IMG/VR virus record: IMGVR_UViG_3300032560_000073
Location: 1 to 34,465 of that record
Strand: one strand, 5' to 3'
DNA: 34,465 nucleotides
Source: a virus
Taxonomy: Duplodnaviria; Caudoviricetes
Shown here one piece after another: positions 17,113-26,490 of the stretch; the stretch's first letter is position 1; the number at the start of each line of letters is the position of its first letter. Position numbers and translations under genes: made by a program. The notes below the pieces were generated by a model, which was not told where the DNA came from, ran no database searches, and was given only the letters and a program-made list of their open reading frames with translations.

Positions 17113-18176
17113 ACAACCTCCGTCTCGATTTTGGTTGGATGCTCTACCTCAAAATACCGCCTACGTTCAACCGCGAAGTTCCGGACAATGTCTTTGCCTG
17201 CAATTTCCCACGAAAGGATCAATCCACCTAGCGCGGGTTGACCGCCCAGCCGCTTAGAGAATGCGGAACCGCTGGCCTGAAATGTAGGACAAAGGACAGC
17301 AAAAACTCCGCGGTCCTCTACCACTGCAAACTGATGGAGATGGCCGGCCAGGCAAATATGTGGCTTCTGGCCAGCCCCATATGATTCCACGTGTTTCTGT
17401 AGCTTATAGGATTTACTATAGGCAGCGCCGCCTAATGGGTGCCAAAGCTCGATGACCGCGCCCAGTATGGACAAGAACGCGCCACAGGTGCCGTAGAACC
17501 GGATATCATTCCGTCCATGTTCGCGGAAGTATCCAACGATGAATGCGCCCACATTGACGCCGCTGGCCGAGTGGAAAGTCTCACAGTGATTCCCTGTGAT
17601 TGCGTGGTAATTCAATCCAGACAGTCGCGGCAACGTTTCATACAGGTCTTGAGTCTGATCCTCAAGGCCCGTGTGACTTAACTCGAAAATACCGTGCTGA
17701 TAACATCCATCCAGCAAATCGCCGGGAATCAGAATATGCCGGATCCCGCGTGAATACATGTGTTCGACGCAATCCTGGATTTGTGCCCGGAGGCAATACT
17801 TGGACCCGAGATGAAGATCGGAAATGACACCGATTATCTGACGTTCACCGTTGGTGGGCTGGATCAAGGTATCTTGGACGGTGCGGATTTGTTCATTGGG
17901 AGACAGGAAGATATGGTCATTGCCTATCTGTAGGTCAATGCCACGATCCTTGGCATTCGTCATGAGGTTCCGCACAACAGACGGAGACTTCCCCAGTTTG
18001 TCGCACAGGGCCTCGAATTCGATAGGCTTGCGAGTCGCGGCAATGAGCGACTGGATATCAGCGTTCAACTTGCCCGACTGTTCAGTATTCGTGAATGGTG
18101 AAGATTTATGAACAGCGGCCCGTCGTGCCCGCTTTGTGGCATTCCATCGGTCTCTGGCCTCCCTCGTGTTTCCCAT
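17109..18176 (-). CDS. Calcineurin-like metallophosphoesterase with N-terminal HTH-like region
   Basis: ISDLHLGS, GDLLDG, GNHC, ELWH and AGHLH metal-binding motifs in canonical order. Confidence 0.88.
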   Translation of the reverse strand: MGNTREARDRWNATKRARRAAVHKSSPFTNTEQSGKLNADIQSLIAATRKPIEFEALCDKLGKSPSVVRNLMTNAKDRGIDLQIGNDHIFLSPNEQIRTVQDTLIQPTNGERQIIGVISDLHLGSKYCLRAQIQDCVEHMYSRGIRHILIPGDLLDGCYQHGIFELSHTGLEDQTQDLYETLPRLSGLNYHAITGNHCETFHSASGVNVGAFIVGYFREHGRNDIRFYGTCGAFLSILGAVIELWHPLGGAAYSKSYKLQKHVESYGAGQKPHICLAGHLHQFAVVEDRGVFAVLCPTFQASGSAFSKRLGGQPALGGLILSWEIAGKDIVRNFAVERRRYFEVEHPTKIETEVV

Positions 18177-18554
18177 TAGACGATCCTATCAAGAGAGTCC
18201 ACTACCTCAACCTTGGGCCAGTAGTGGAACAGGTTTTCTGGCTTGCCAATGACGATGATCCGTTTCCCTAGCGCTAATGCAATGCCAAATTCAACATGCC
18301 GACCCCCTCGGGGAGGTTGGTTCCCCTGGGGCTCGGCAAAGAACACGAGCGCATCGCAACTGGAAAGTTCCTTGATGTCCCGAACTGCAAGATCCCGCAG
18401 GGCATCATCGGACAATTCTCCAAGTTGAACGGTCGGAAGGTAAACCTCCTGGTGCCAAGTGGACACAACATCATGCCCTCTTGACTCCAGTATTTCCGCC
18501 GCTTCCCAGACGGAAACCTTTTTTCGAGTAGGCAGCGGCGACGTAAATTTTCAT
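18176..18554 (-). pseudogene. Nucleoside 2-deoxyribosyltransferase-like gene with a frameshift in an A6 run
   Basis: ATG 18554 (ATGA-coupled) gives MKIYVAAAYSKK; removing one A at 18519-18524 joins VSVWEAAEILESRGHDVVSTW...D....CDALV...GGRHVEFGIALALGKRI. Confidence 0.75.
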
Positions 18555-18751
18555 TCGTGGTCCGATTCGTCCGCGCTGGTGGTCTCTAGCGATTCAGGGT
18601 AGAAAATTTCATCGACACTGTTCCTGGAATATCCGGCAGCAAGCAGGACCGGAACCATGAGATCATCGACAACATCTTCAACTGTGAAATCTTCTTCAGG
18701 GATTTCAACCGAGTAGACCCCATAACAATTTTCGAGCGTGAGCTTGGTCAT
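18551..18751 (-). CDS. Small acidic hypothetical protein
   Basis: MTKLTLENCYG...LLAAGYS; starts just after the peptidase stop. Confidence 0.7.
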   Translation of the reverse strand: MTKLTLENCYGVYSVEIPEEDFTVEDVVDDLMVPVLLAAGYSRNSVDEIFYPESLETTSADESDHE

Positions 18752-18753
18752 GA

Positions 18754-19239
18754 TCAACCTTTCAGCCTGTGGAGAACTTTGCCTGGCAGAATCCATGAAA
18801 GGAACGGGGTGATCCTGTTCACTTCATCTGCATCGTAGGATTCGTGATGGCCTTTCATGTAACACATTGTTTCCGCTTCCGAACAGAACCACTTGTCGGG
18901 GCTGGTCCAGTTCCGATGGAAAAGGAATCCAAAAATCCCTAGCGTGTCATAGGGCAAACCCTCGGATTCTACATTGGGATACTTCGGGTCATACCCGGTC
19001 TGTTCCCTGAACCACTGGATTGCCAGATCAGGCCGGGAGCACGGCTTGGCCTTGGACACGACAACCGAATTGTCACGGAGGAACGATTGGAGCCTAACCC
19101 TTCGGCACTTGGGGTAGCGGGCCTCATTGACCCATTTGCCATTGGGCTCAAGAACCGCAACGTGGCTATACGGAGACCACGTAAAGATCCGGATGGCCCA
19201 AGAGATTAGGGTATTAGACCGGGCATAGAGTGAAATCAT
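18754..19239 (-). CDS. Permuted papain-like NlpC/P60 (YiiX/YebB-like) amidase/peptidase
   Basis: YSHVAV (His) precedes PYD and KWFCSE (Cys), then ITP: the permuted catalytic order. Confidence 0.82.
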   Translation of the reverse strand: MISLYARSNTLISWAIRIFTWSPYSHVAVLEPNGKWVNEARYPKCRRVRLQSFLRDNSVVVSKAKPCSRPDLAIQWFREQTGYDPKYPNVESEGLPYDTLGIFGFLFHRNWTSPDKWFCSEAETMCYMKGHHESYDADEVNRITPFLSWILPGKVLHRLKG

Positions 19240-19523
19240 CGGCCATCCCCGTTGAAAACACTGTGGACCATGGTGGAGAACAGGACTAAGACACCGGTCT
19301 CAAGGCTCTTGAATAGGTCCAACTGCTCAGCTGGGATTCGGTGAGTCGCCAGGAGGCAGGTCATCAGGATAAGCAGGGCCAGAGTCCCCGCCGCCAACCA
19401 CGCCGATGGACGACTGAAAATCACCGTCCAGGCAGATCCAGTTGAGCCCTGCGGAATAGGGATCTGGGGCGTAGGGATCTGCGGGATCGCCCCACTGGTA
19501 GGGAAATCAGGCACGGTTCCCAC
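19236..19523 (-). CDS. Two-TM membrane protein, possible holin
   Basis: Two hydrophobic segments; lies in the lysis cluster; start uncertain. Confidence 0.5.
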   Translation of the reverse strand: MGTVPDFPTSGAIPQIPTPQIPIPQGSTGSAWTVIFSRPSAWLAAGTLALLILMTCLLATHRIPAEQLDLFKSLETGVLVLFSTMVHSVFNGDGR

Positions 19524-19525
19524 CG

Positions 19526-19795
19526 TTAGGCCGCCGGGGTAGGGGCCGAGGCCGAAAGCGCGGTAACGGCATTCTGAAGCGCAGTGACGAAGGGGGCCGT
19601 ATCGGTCACGGCCAGCTTCAGGAACGCCTCAGCCACGAGCAGATTGGCCGCGAGGGTGGCCATCACCGGGGAAGTCGCGCCAACAGCAGCGAGGGACGAC
19701 TGGAGCGCGGTGATCTGGGTAAGGATGGTGTTCAGTTCGGCCTCGCCCTTGATAGCGAAGTTTTCGATACCGACGAAGAAACTAGAAGCAGACAT
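19526..19795 (-). CDS. Ala-rich helical hypothetical protein in the lysis cluster
   Basis: AGGAGG RBS; follows the endolysin. Confidence 0.7.
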   Translation of the reverse strand: MSASSFFVGIENFAIKGEAELNTILTQITALQSSLAAVGATSPVMATLAANLLVAEAFLKLAVTDTAPFVTALQNAVTALSASAPTPAA

Positions 19796-19810
19796 TGGCC
19801 CTCCTGGGCG

Positions 19811-20329
19811 CTAGGTTGGGATTGCGGAAGCCCTACGGAGCCAGCCAGAAAGGAATGGTTGGTCGTTAGGGTGTTGAGCGGCGATACTTTCGTAATGCGC
19901 CGTAGAGACGGATACCAGAGCATTCATGAGCTTGCCGGGGTCACAGCTATTGATTGCGGATTCGGTGGCGGGGCCGTAGCTGTCGTCAACCGCAACGGGA
20001 TATCCGCACTGGACAAGGGATTCCTGGGCCAATTTAATGCCACTCGGGAGCCCGTTATTAACGTCCATGTCAAACACCTTGGTTGCGATCACCTGACTGG
20101 CCACTCCATCAAACTTCCAATATCCTAGTCTATAGAATAGACTAATCTGATCGGGTGTCAAGGCCCAAGTACCTCCCGGAAAATTTAATTCAGGGTGACG
20201 CTTATTGAAGTCGGCCAACGCGGATGTTGAGACTCCGCAGTTCGTCCGGCCCCCAGAATCTCCCACGAGGTTGCATTTACCACCTTCCCATCCGAGGATA
20301 AACGGGAGCGCCCGGAGGAAGTCGGCCAT
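19811..20329 (-). CDS. Endolysin, glycoside hydrolase family 108 with C-terminal peptidoglycan-binding domain
   Basis: WEGG...D.GG.TN.GV, Y...YW, FD..VN.G, VD...GP.T and F..GW.RR motifs. Confidence 0.9.
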   Translation of the reverse strand: MADFLRALPFILGWEGGKCNLVGDSGGRTNCGVSTSALADFNKRHPELNFPGGTWALTPDQISLFYRLGYWKFDGVASQVIATKVFDMDVNNGLPSGIKLAQESLVQCGYPVAVDDSYGPATESAINSCDPGKLMNALVSVSTAHYESIAAQHPNDQPFLSGWLRRASAIPT

Positions 20330-20331
20330 CC

Positions 20332-20586
20332 TCAGCGCCTATCGCCCTTGCTGTTCTTGAGCAACATATCGATCTTATCGTCCATCTTGCTGAGCACAGC
20401 CATCATTTCTTGCCGATTCTGCTGCAACTCCTGAATCTGGACGCTATGTTCAGTGAGCTTCGATTCCACGCTTGCACTCGTATTGCCATACCAAAGCATG
20501 ACTGAGCCTATTACCGAAATGGCCATAATGATAGACCCAAACGGAACCGTGCGGTCAAGGCTCCACCCTTCTTTGTGCTCAGTCAT
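20332..20586 (-). CDS. Single-TM coiled-coil protein, holin-like
   Basis: One TM helix then a coiled coil; directly upstream of the endolysin; AAGGAG RBS. Confidence 0.6.
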   Translation of the reverse strand: MTEHKEGWSLDRTVPFGSIIMAISVIGSVMLWYGNTSASVESKLTEHSVQIQELQQNRQEMMAVLSKMDDKIDMLLKNSKGDRR

Positions 20587-20602
20587 GCCAATCTCTCCTT
20601 AC

Positions 20603-20613
20603 TATCTATTATA
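20603..20613 (-). promoter_or_regulatory. Putative late promoter for the lysis cluster
   Basis: TATAATAGATA; TATAAT at 20613-20608 overlaps the upstream TAA, 21 nt before ATG 20586. Confidence 0.55.
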
Positions 20614-20881
20614 CTCCAGACAAACCCATAGCCGGGGACGCGCTGCCTGCGGGAGTGGGGGGAGCACCGCCCGCACCGGATAGTCCGGGCGACTTGACCG
20701 CGCTATGGACCTGAGTTCCGATCCTCTTGGGAGTAACCTTCTCATGGATGGGGGAATTGCCGGTTGCAGGTCCATTGAACCCGGCGGTTGGAGGAATGGG
20801 GGAACTAAAATTACTACCCATCATTGCATGAAACGCCTGCTGATGGGCGATGGGGGCATGGACCCACGGCATAGACGTCAT
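20609..20881 (-). CDS. Pro/Gly-rich hypothetical protein
   Basis: ATGA-coupled to the gp16-like gene. Confidence 0.6.
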   Translation of the reverse strand: MTSMPWVHAPIAHQQAFHAMMGSNFSSPIPPTAGFNGPATGNSPIHEKVTPKRIGTQVHSAVKSPGLSGAGGAPPTPAGSASPAMGLSGV

Positions 20882-22893
20882 GGTTTCACTCCTGGGGCAC
20901 CGCTGATGGACTGGTATGGTTGACCGCTCGGCATCGCATCATATTCTTCCTGTGACTTGGGATGATGCAACCCTGATGCGAAAGGATAGGATGCTCCGGA
21001 AATCTTGCCGATCTGTTCTGCAAGGTTCTCTAGTTCTGGCCCCGCAGGGATTTGAGAAGCATATTGGAGAGTCTTTTGTGTGGCCGGGTTCTGTAGTAGT
21101 TTCCACATCAAACCAGGTCCCGTGAGCGCGGGATATTTCAATGCAGCCGCTCCAGCTACGCCGCCAGTAATGGCATTCCCGTGTTCCCCAAGTGCAGCAG
21201 CGGTCCCAATGTTGGCGAGCATCCCGGCCCATTTGGATGTCGATGCCACATTGGCCAGGCCATGAAAAGCGGCGGCCATTTCGGGATCTGCAATCTGGTC
21301 TACGGCTGGCATCGCCTTGTTAATTGAAGTCAGGAATGAACCCGGATTTCCATTTGCCTGCCTGTTCGCCGCATCCAGCATACTGAAAAGCAGAGGGTCG
21401 GCACTGGATCCCTTGGCAATGATTCCAACCTTGTCAGATCGCATTCTGGCCAGAGATCCCTGATCCATGGATTTGATCAAATCATTGGGTGTTGGAGTGT
21501 CTCGCAACTGGGTAAGATACTGCCCTCCTTCTGATTTATCAAAAAGCGGAACAACCTGGGTAGCGAAAACCTTTCGCGCAGCCTTCGCATCATCGGCCAA
21601 AGCGGGATTAGATTTGGTCATCGAATCCATCACGGAATCACGGACATCGCCCAGCATCCCGCGAGCTTCGCTATCGCCATGGACCTGAGCCAGCGTCCTT
21701 TGCGCAGCTCCGAGCTTCTTGATCACATCAATGGCCCCACCGAAGTCATTGCTCACATTCCCTTCTGGATCGCCCGCTTCCTGAAGATCGCCCAAGAGAT
21801 TGGACAGAACCTCCTTGCGAGCATCAGGCATCGCCATTGGGGGACGCTTCTGCCCAATACCAAGGAGGGACTGCAACTTATCAATGGCGGGGGAGTAGTC
21901 CATTTCGACATTCGGAGCCTCCGCGTCAACGGGAGCAACAGCCTTTTTGTATTGGTCCCAAGCGTCATTATATTTGTTGATGGCATCATCTTGGAGCGCC
22001 ACGCCCGGGGTTTTCCCACCAAGTCTAGATTCAAGTTCGTCCAAAACGCTTTGAACAGACCGGGCCCGAATCGATTTTGCCACTCCCTTGATACCATTAA
22101 TACTCTCTCCCAGCGCAGAAAGTCCACCTGGGACGGCTCCCCCCATAGCCATGGCCCCTTGAAGATTCCCGGCCATATGCTGCCCGTAGGACTGGCCTTG
22201 TTCTGGGGGAGTGGTAAGTCCAGCCTGAACACCATACGGGACCGCAGAAGCCACGCCAGCGCTGCTAGCCTGCCCTATCCGGCCAAGGGCAGTCGTGGCG
22301 GGTTCGGCAAACGTCCCGGCCTGTTCCGCGAGCCCAGCGGTAGGCAGTAGTTGCGCTAATCCAATCTGGGATGCGGTTTCCCCAAGATTAGACCCGGCCT
22401 GCGCCCATCCATGCGTCCCTTGGGTTAGTCCCTGTCGATACTGCGCCTGGCTCTTGGCAAAATCTGCCGCTTCCTGGCTCCATGGGAGATTGAAACCAGC
22501 GTGTTCGGCCAGCGCATTGCCGAGACTCCCGTATGCCCCAATGGCTGACAGAACAGGAGTGGTGGCACCCCCAATGGTCCCGAGCACGGTTTTGCCTGCG
22601 GTTTCGCCAACCCCGGCACTATAGGGTTGGCCGGGAGCATCTCCGGCCCTATTCCCCTTGGCATCAAACCATCCTGCCTTCCCGGTGTTACCCTGATCTG
22701 GGCCATACCAAACGGCTCCGTCAGAACGCTGGACGGATTGCTTGCCGTTGAACGTGGGGACGGGCTTTACCTGGGATTGCCAGTCCTGCCCAGCGGGGGG
22801 ATGATACGCGATGGTTGATCCGGGTGGGAGATCGGAATATTGGCCCGGGTCAGAAACGACAGTGGCACCATCTGGGATATCAGAATATGGCAT
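20878..22893 (-). CDS. Ejection (DNA transfer) protein, P22 gp16 position
   Basis: Third of three Ala/Gly/Gln-rich genes after the gp14-like gene; YSD.P.G.T N-terminal repeats; synteny only. Confidence 0.65.
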   Translation of the reverse strand: MPYSDIPDGATVVSDPGQYSDLPPGSTIAYHPPAGQDWQSQVKPVPTFNGKQSVQRSDGAVWYGPDQGNTGKAGWFDAKGNRAGDAPGQPYSAGVGETAGKTVLGTIGGATTPVLSAIGAYGSLGNALAEHAGFNLPWSQEAADFAKSQAQYRQGLTQGTHGWAQAGSNLGETASQIGLAQLLPTAGLAEQAGTFAEPATTALGRIGQASSAGVASAVPYGVQAGLTTPPEQGQSYGQHMAGNLQGAMAMGGAVPGGLSALGESINGIKGVAKSIRARSVQSVLDELESRLGGKTPGVALQDDAINKYNDAWDQYKKAVAPVDAEAPNVEMDYSPAIDKLQSLLGIGQKRPPMAMPDARKEVLSNLLGDLQEAGDPEGNVSNDFGGAIDVIKKLGAAQRTLAQVHGDSEARGMLGDVRDSVMDSMTKSNPALADDAKAARKVFATQVVPLFDKSEGGQYLTQLRDTPTPNDLIKSMDQGSLARMRSDKVGIIAKGSSADPLLFSMLDAANRQANGNPGSFLTSINKAMPAVDQIADPEMAAAFHGLANVASTSKWAGMLANIGTAAALGEHGNAITGGVAGAAALKYPALTGPGLMWKLLQNPATQKTLQYASQIPAGPELENLAEQIGKISGASYPFASGLHHPKSQEEYDAMPSGQPYQSISGAPGVKP

Positions 22894-25215
22894 TTATTCC
22901 CACCCATTCGCAGTCTTGGTTTTGGTCGTCCCGTCCTTCATCGTAACTCTGGTTCCAATGGGTGCGACACTTGCGACATTAGGCTGGGTAGACGGCGTAA
23001 CCTGAGCTTGCGGAGCAAACTTCCCAGCAAGTCCCTTGGCCGCAGGCGTAAGCAGGTTGGTATCAGAAAGGTGCTTCCCCGCCGCATTGTAATAGGCTTG
23101 GTCGAATGGCTGCATCTTGCCGACCACGGCGTTATCCAGAATATCAAACGCTCCCTTGGCTTGGGCGGGAGACATGCCATAGTTGAGGTTATGCGCCCAG
23201 GTTTTCGCGCCGCCTTCCGTTGGGTTGTTGCCGCTGAATGCTTTATCGACTTCACCAGCATAAACCGATGCCATGTTATCGTAGGTTGTCTTCGCGGATC
23301 CGCCCACTTCTGCCCCGAGTGAACCGGCCAGTTTATTGAGAGTGGGAATATCCCCATTCTGCATAGCATCATAAGACTGCCGCAAAAGCTGGGTATGTTC
23401 GGCAATTGCGCCAAGAGATGCGATAGCCTTCCCAGACGTGCCATTGGGTGCAAAATCTGTGATGGTCTTTTTCTGTTGGGCGTTCATACTCGGGTTCCAG
23501 TCCGGATGCTGCCCAATAGTCCAAGCCAGAAGTTGAGTTTTGGGAACCTGCCCGAGACCAGTCCGCGCCGGAAGGTCGCTCAACTGAAGTTGCCCAGAAG
23601 CGAGTTTATCCACAATCCCCTGATACTGAGATGGAACAGGCAATCCCGAACCGGATCCTGCTAGCCAGGCCGATTCCTGCTTTGCCTTGGCCGCATCAGC
23701 AAGGGCCTTGGCTGCCTCGGCTTGGTTCAACCCGATCTTACTAGGGACTTCGGAAACCTGCGCACCCTGCAACTGAGCCGCTGCCTGTGCCTTGAGCGTG
23801 TCATTGGCGTTCTTCGCCACGGCAAGACTGGCGGTTCCAGTCGCCGCATCTGCCTGCGCCGCTTTGTTTAGATAGTCAAGTTTGACCTGTCCCTCGGGAG
23901 TGCTTAGGTCAGTGCCTTGGAGCGAGCTAACGTCAAGACCTTGAGCCTTAGCCTGCTTGAGCATGAAGTCAAATGCTGCCTGCTGATGGGCCGGAGCGGC
24001 ATTGGCCACGATCGAAACCAAACCGAGCAGCTGGGAAGTTTTGGCAACCTTGGCCTGAGACTTGGTCAACTGGTCGGCAGCATCCTGGGTCGTCCATTGA
24101 CGCTGGAGTTGATTTGCCGCGTCGGCCAGCCTAGGGTTCTTCATCAGTTCATCGATATAACCCTGCCGATCAAATGTATTATGTGTTACCTTCCCGCTGG
24201 TGGGATCAACCGAATCGAAGGTATGGGTTGCGGCAAACGTAGGGTTGTCTCTAACGGAGTCAGACGTATCCGCACTGTTGGGAACCTTGGCCAGTGTGGA
24301 TGACACACTGGCGATTACCGGAGTTGGGCTGGCACTCGTCTGGAGCGACCCCTTGTAGTGGGCCAGAAGATCCTGCTCATTCACGGGCGGAAAAGGTTTA
24401 GATGTGGTCTTGATCCGGGGAATCGATTGATCAAGTGAGCCACCCGGAGCATATTCGCGCTGGTGGATCAATGTTGCGGCGGCATCTGCATCTTGTGGGT
24501 TGTCATATTTCCCCATATGCTGCCCGGTATCAAGGTAGTGCTGCCATGCTTCTTGGGGAGTATGTGTCTTACCGTCAAAAATAGTAGGGACAAGCACTTC
24601 CTTCCCGTCCTGTGTGAAAGAAACGCTATATTCTGATCCTACTTGGCCTTTCCCCATGTCAATCAATGGGCGTCCCACAAGCGGTATATTCCCTGGTTCT
24701 ACAAGACCCTTGCTTATTAATGATGGATCAATATTTTGGGTCGTGAATTTTCCCACTGTGGGATTAACAACAGAAGCCGTAGATGTTGCTCCAGTAGGGG
24801 GCGCTGAAGCCGCTACAGATGGCTTGGCTGGACCCTGGCCCTGCATAACCGGGGATGGGTTGGCAGTCGTCTGTGAGGTAGGGGTCACGGCAGCCGTTGG
24901 CTGGGCAGGCTGATCAACACTGGTAGTGTGATGGCGCATATAAGCATCGGCGGCGAACTGGTTGTCTGCCTTGGCCTGCTGATCTTCATCCATCGAGCCT
25001 TGGGTCTGTTGAATGCCCATCTGCCCGCGTTGGATGGCCTGCTGAGACAGCACGTTCTGATTCGCGGCACTCTGCGCCTGGATCGGCATATTCTGCTGAT
25101 TCATGGCCGAAAGGCTGTTGTAGTATCCAGCCCTAGACCTAGCATCTGCCTGATTGGCAAGGCCGGTATACATTCCACTTAGAGTTGATGCAATATTTAT
25201 ATCGTCCATTACCAT
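22894..25215 (-). CDS. Ejection (DNA transfer) protein, P22 gp20 position
   Basis: Gln/Ala-rich helical protein; synteny; carries an embedded globular module. Confidence 0.65.
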   Translation of the reverse strand: MVMDDINIASTLSGMYTGLANQADARSRAGYYNSLSAMNQQNMPIQAQSAANQNVLSQQAIQRGQMGIQQTQGSMDEDQQAKADNQFAADAYMRHHTTSVDQPAQPTAAVTPTSQTTANPSPVMQGQGPAKPSVAASAPPTGATSTASVVNPTVGKFTTQNIDPSLISKGLVEPGNIPLVGRPLIDMGKGQVGSEYSVSFTQDGKEVLVPTIFDGKTHTPQEAWQHYLDTGQHMGKYDNPQDADAAATLIHQREYAPGGSLDQSIPRIKTTSKPFPPVNEQDLLAHYKGSLQTSASPTPVIASVSSTLAKVPNSADTSDSVRDNPTFAATHTFDSVDPTSGKVTHNTFDRQGYIDELMKNPRLADAANQLQRQWTTQDAADQLTKSQAKVAKTSQLLGLVSIVANAAPAHQQAAFDFMLKQAKAQGLDVSSLQGTDLSTPEGQVKLDYLNKAAQADAATGTASLAVAKNANDTLKAQAAAQLQGAQVSEVPSKIGLNQAEAAKALADAAKAKQESAWLAGSGSGLPVPSQYQGIVDKLASGQLQLSDLPARTGLGQVPKTQLLAWTIGQHPDWNPSMNAQQKKTITDFAPNGTSGKAIASLGAIAEHTQLLRQSYDAMQNGDIPTLNKLAGSLGAEVGGSAKTTYDNMASVYAGEVDKAFSGNNPTEGGAKTWAHNLNYGMSPAQAKGAFDILDNAVVGKMQPFDQAYYNAAGKHLSDTNLLTPAAKGLAGKFAPQAQVTPSTQPNVASVAPIGTRVTMKDGTTKTKTANGWE

Positions 25216-25224
25216 TCCTCTTTG

Positions 25225-26022
25225 TTAAACAATGGCTGCGGCATCAGAGAACGCGGCATCAGAAAGGACAGAACCAGAAGCTGCTGCGTCACCGCCAAAT
25301 GCGCTAGCCCCAGCGCTTGATTCGCCCAGCGCCATCGCGTTATTATCGGTCTGGGCCATGCCTGAAGAACTGGCCCCTGAACCGAACATGGACGACAACC
25401 CCTGCATTATCCCAGACATGGAGGTCCCTTGGTTCGCCTGAGCCGTCTGCCCGGAAGAGCCGAACGCAGAAGCAAAAGCGGCTGCCTTGCCCAGCGTCTC
25501 GCTAGCCTGAGAATTGCCCATGCCTGCCTGGAGATTGGCCATCTGGGCAGAGTAATTACTGCCCAACTGGGCCAACCCAGACGTAGCTGAAAGCCCCTGA
25601 TTCCCAAGTGACGAGAGTTGGCCCTGTTGGCTGGCAAAACGGTTGTATGCATTCTGGTATTCATTGGATGCGTTCTGTTGGGCGTATCCACTCAGTGCCT
25701 TCTGTGCCCCACCAGAAAGCGCACCGCCGCGAACAGACTGAGAGTTATTAATTGCGTTCAACCCCTGCTGCATATTGAATGCATATCCAGGGTCTTGCTG
25801 AAAATTGCTCAGGCCAAAACCATTCGTGGCCATCTGGGTTGCCTTATTATTGGCTGTAATCCCATTCTGGATAAACGGCTGATAGTTGGGAGAATTGGCG
25901 TTGTAGGTATTTTGGACCGTATTTTCGGCATTTTGGATGGCCGCCTGCTGCTGTTCTCCAGCGGTTACAGCGGCCTTACCGCCAATAATCGCAGTAGCCA
26001 CCGAATCAATGATGCTTCCCAT
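25225..26022 (-). CDS. Ejection (DNA transfer) protein, P22 gp7-like
   Basis: DPGY.F..QQG..A...S...RGG.LSG...KAL..Y.Q..AS.EYQNAYNR signature. Confidence 0.85.
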   Translation of the reverse strand: MGSIIDSVATAIIGGKAAVTAGEQQQAAIQNAENTVQNTYNANSPNYQPFIQNGITANNKATQMATNGFGLSNFQQDPGYAFNMQQGLNAINNSQSVRGGALSGGAQKALSGYAQQNASNEYQNAYNRFASQQGQLSSLGNQGLSATSGLAQLGSNYSAQMANLQAGMGNSQASETLGKAAAFASAFGSSGQTAQANQGTSMSGIMQGLSSMFGSGASSSGMAQTDNNAMALGESSAGASAFGGDAAASGSVLSDAAFSDAAAIV

Positions 26023-26034
26023 TCGTCTACCTCT

Positions 26035-26045
26035 TATATATTATA
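26035..26045 (-). promoter_or_regulatory. Putative late promoter for the ejection genes
   Basis: TATAATATATA; TATAAT at 26045-26040 overlaps the upstream TAA, 17 nt before ATG 26022. Confidence 0.55.
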
Positions 26046-26490
26046 CTTGGTAAAAGTGAACATCCTTGCCATGGGTGATCCCGTCTTTGAGCCACCCGCC
26101 CTTGTCATGATGGTGATAGGTGAATCCGATTTTGCCGAGGAACAGCTTCGCCAGAGCGTTGTATGGGACAATCGATGCCCAATATCGCCGATACTCTGGC
26201 ATATTGTATTTGAGCCAAGCAAGACAAGCTTTTCCGAGCGCTTCGGTCTGGCCATAAGCGTTTGGCAGAAATGCGATATGAAGGCTAATATCCGCAGGGC
26301 CTCCGGGAAGACCCATGATGCATCCCACAAATTCTCCATCAATATAGCAGCCCAAGAAAAGCCAATCATCATTATACGGGATCTTAAATGAGCCCTTGTA
26401 GTTGTCATCATGTGCCCAGTTGATATTATTGGGCGAATGAAATGCCTCATTTGCCATGGTTGCATCGGTTAGAATTTCAAAAGTGAACAT
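26041..26490 (-). CDS. GNAT-fold acetyltransferase-like assembly protein (P22 gp14 position)
   Basis: LHIAFLPNAYG, N.LA..F..KIGF and K.G...D motifs; TGATG coupling; precedes the gp7-like gene. Confidence 0.75.
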   Translation of the reverse strand: MFTFEILTDATMANEAFHSPNNINWAHDDNYKGSFKIPYNDDWLFLGCYIDGEFVGCIMGLPGGPADISLHIAFLPNAYGQTEALGKACLAWLKYNMPEYRRYWASIVPYNALAKLFLGKIGFTYHHHDKGGWLKDGITHGKDVHFYQV

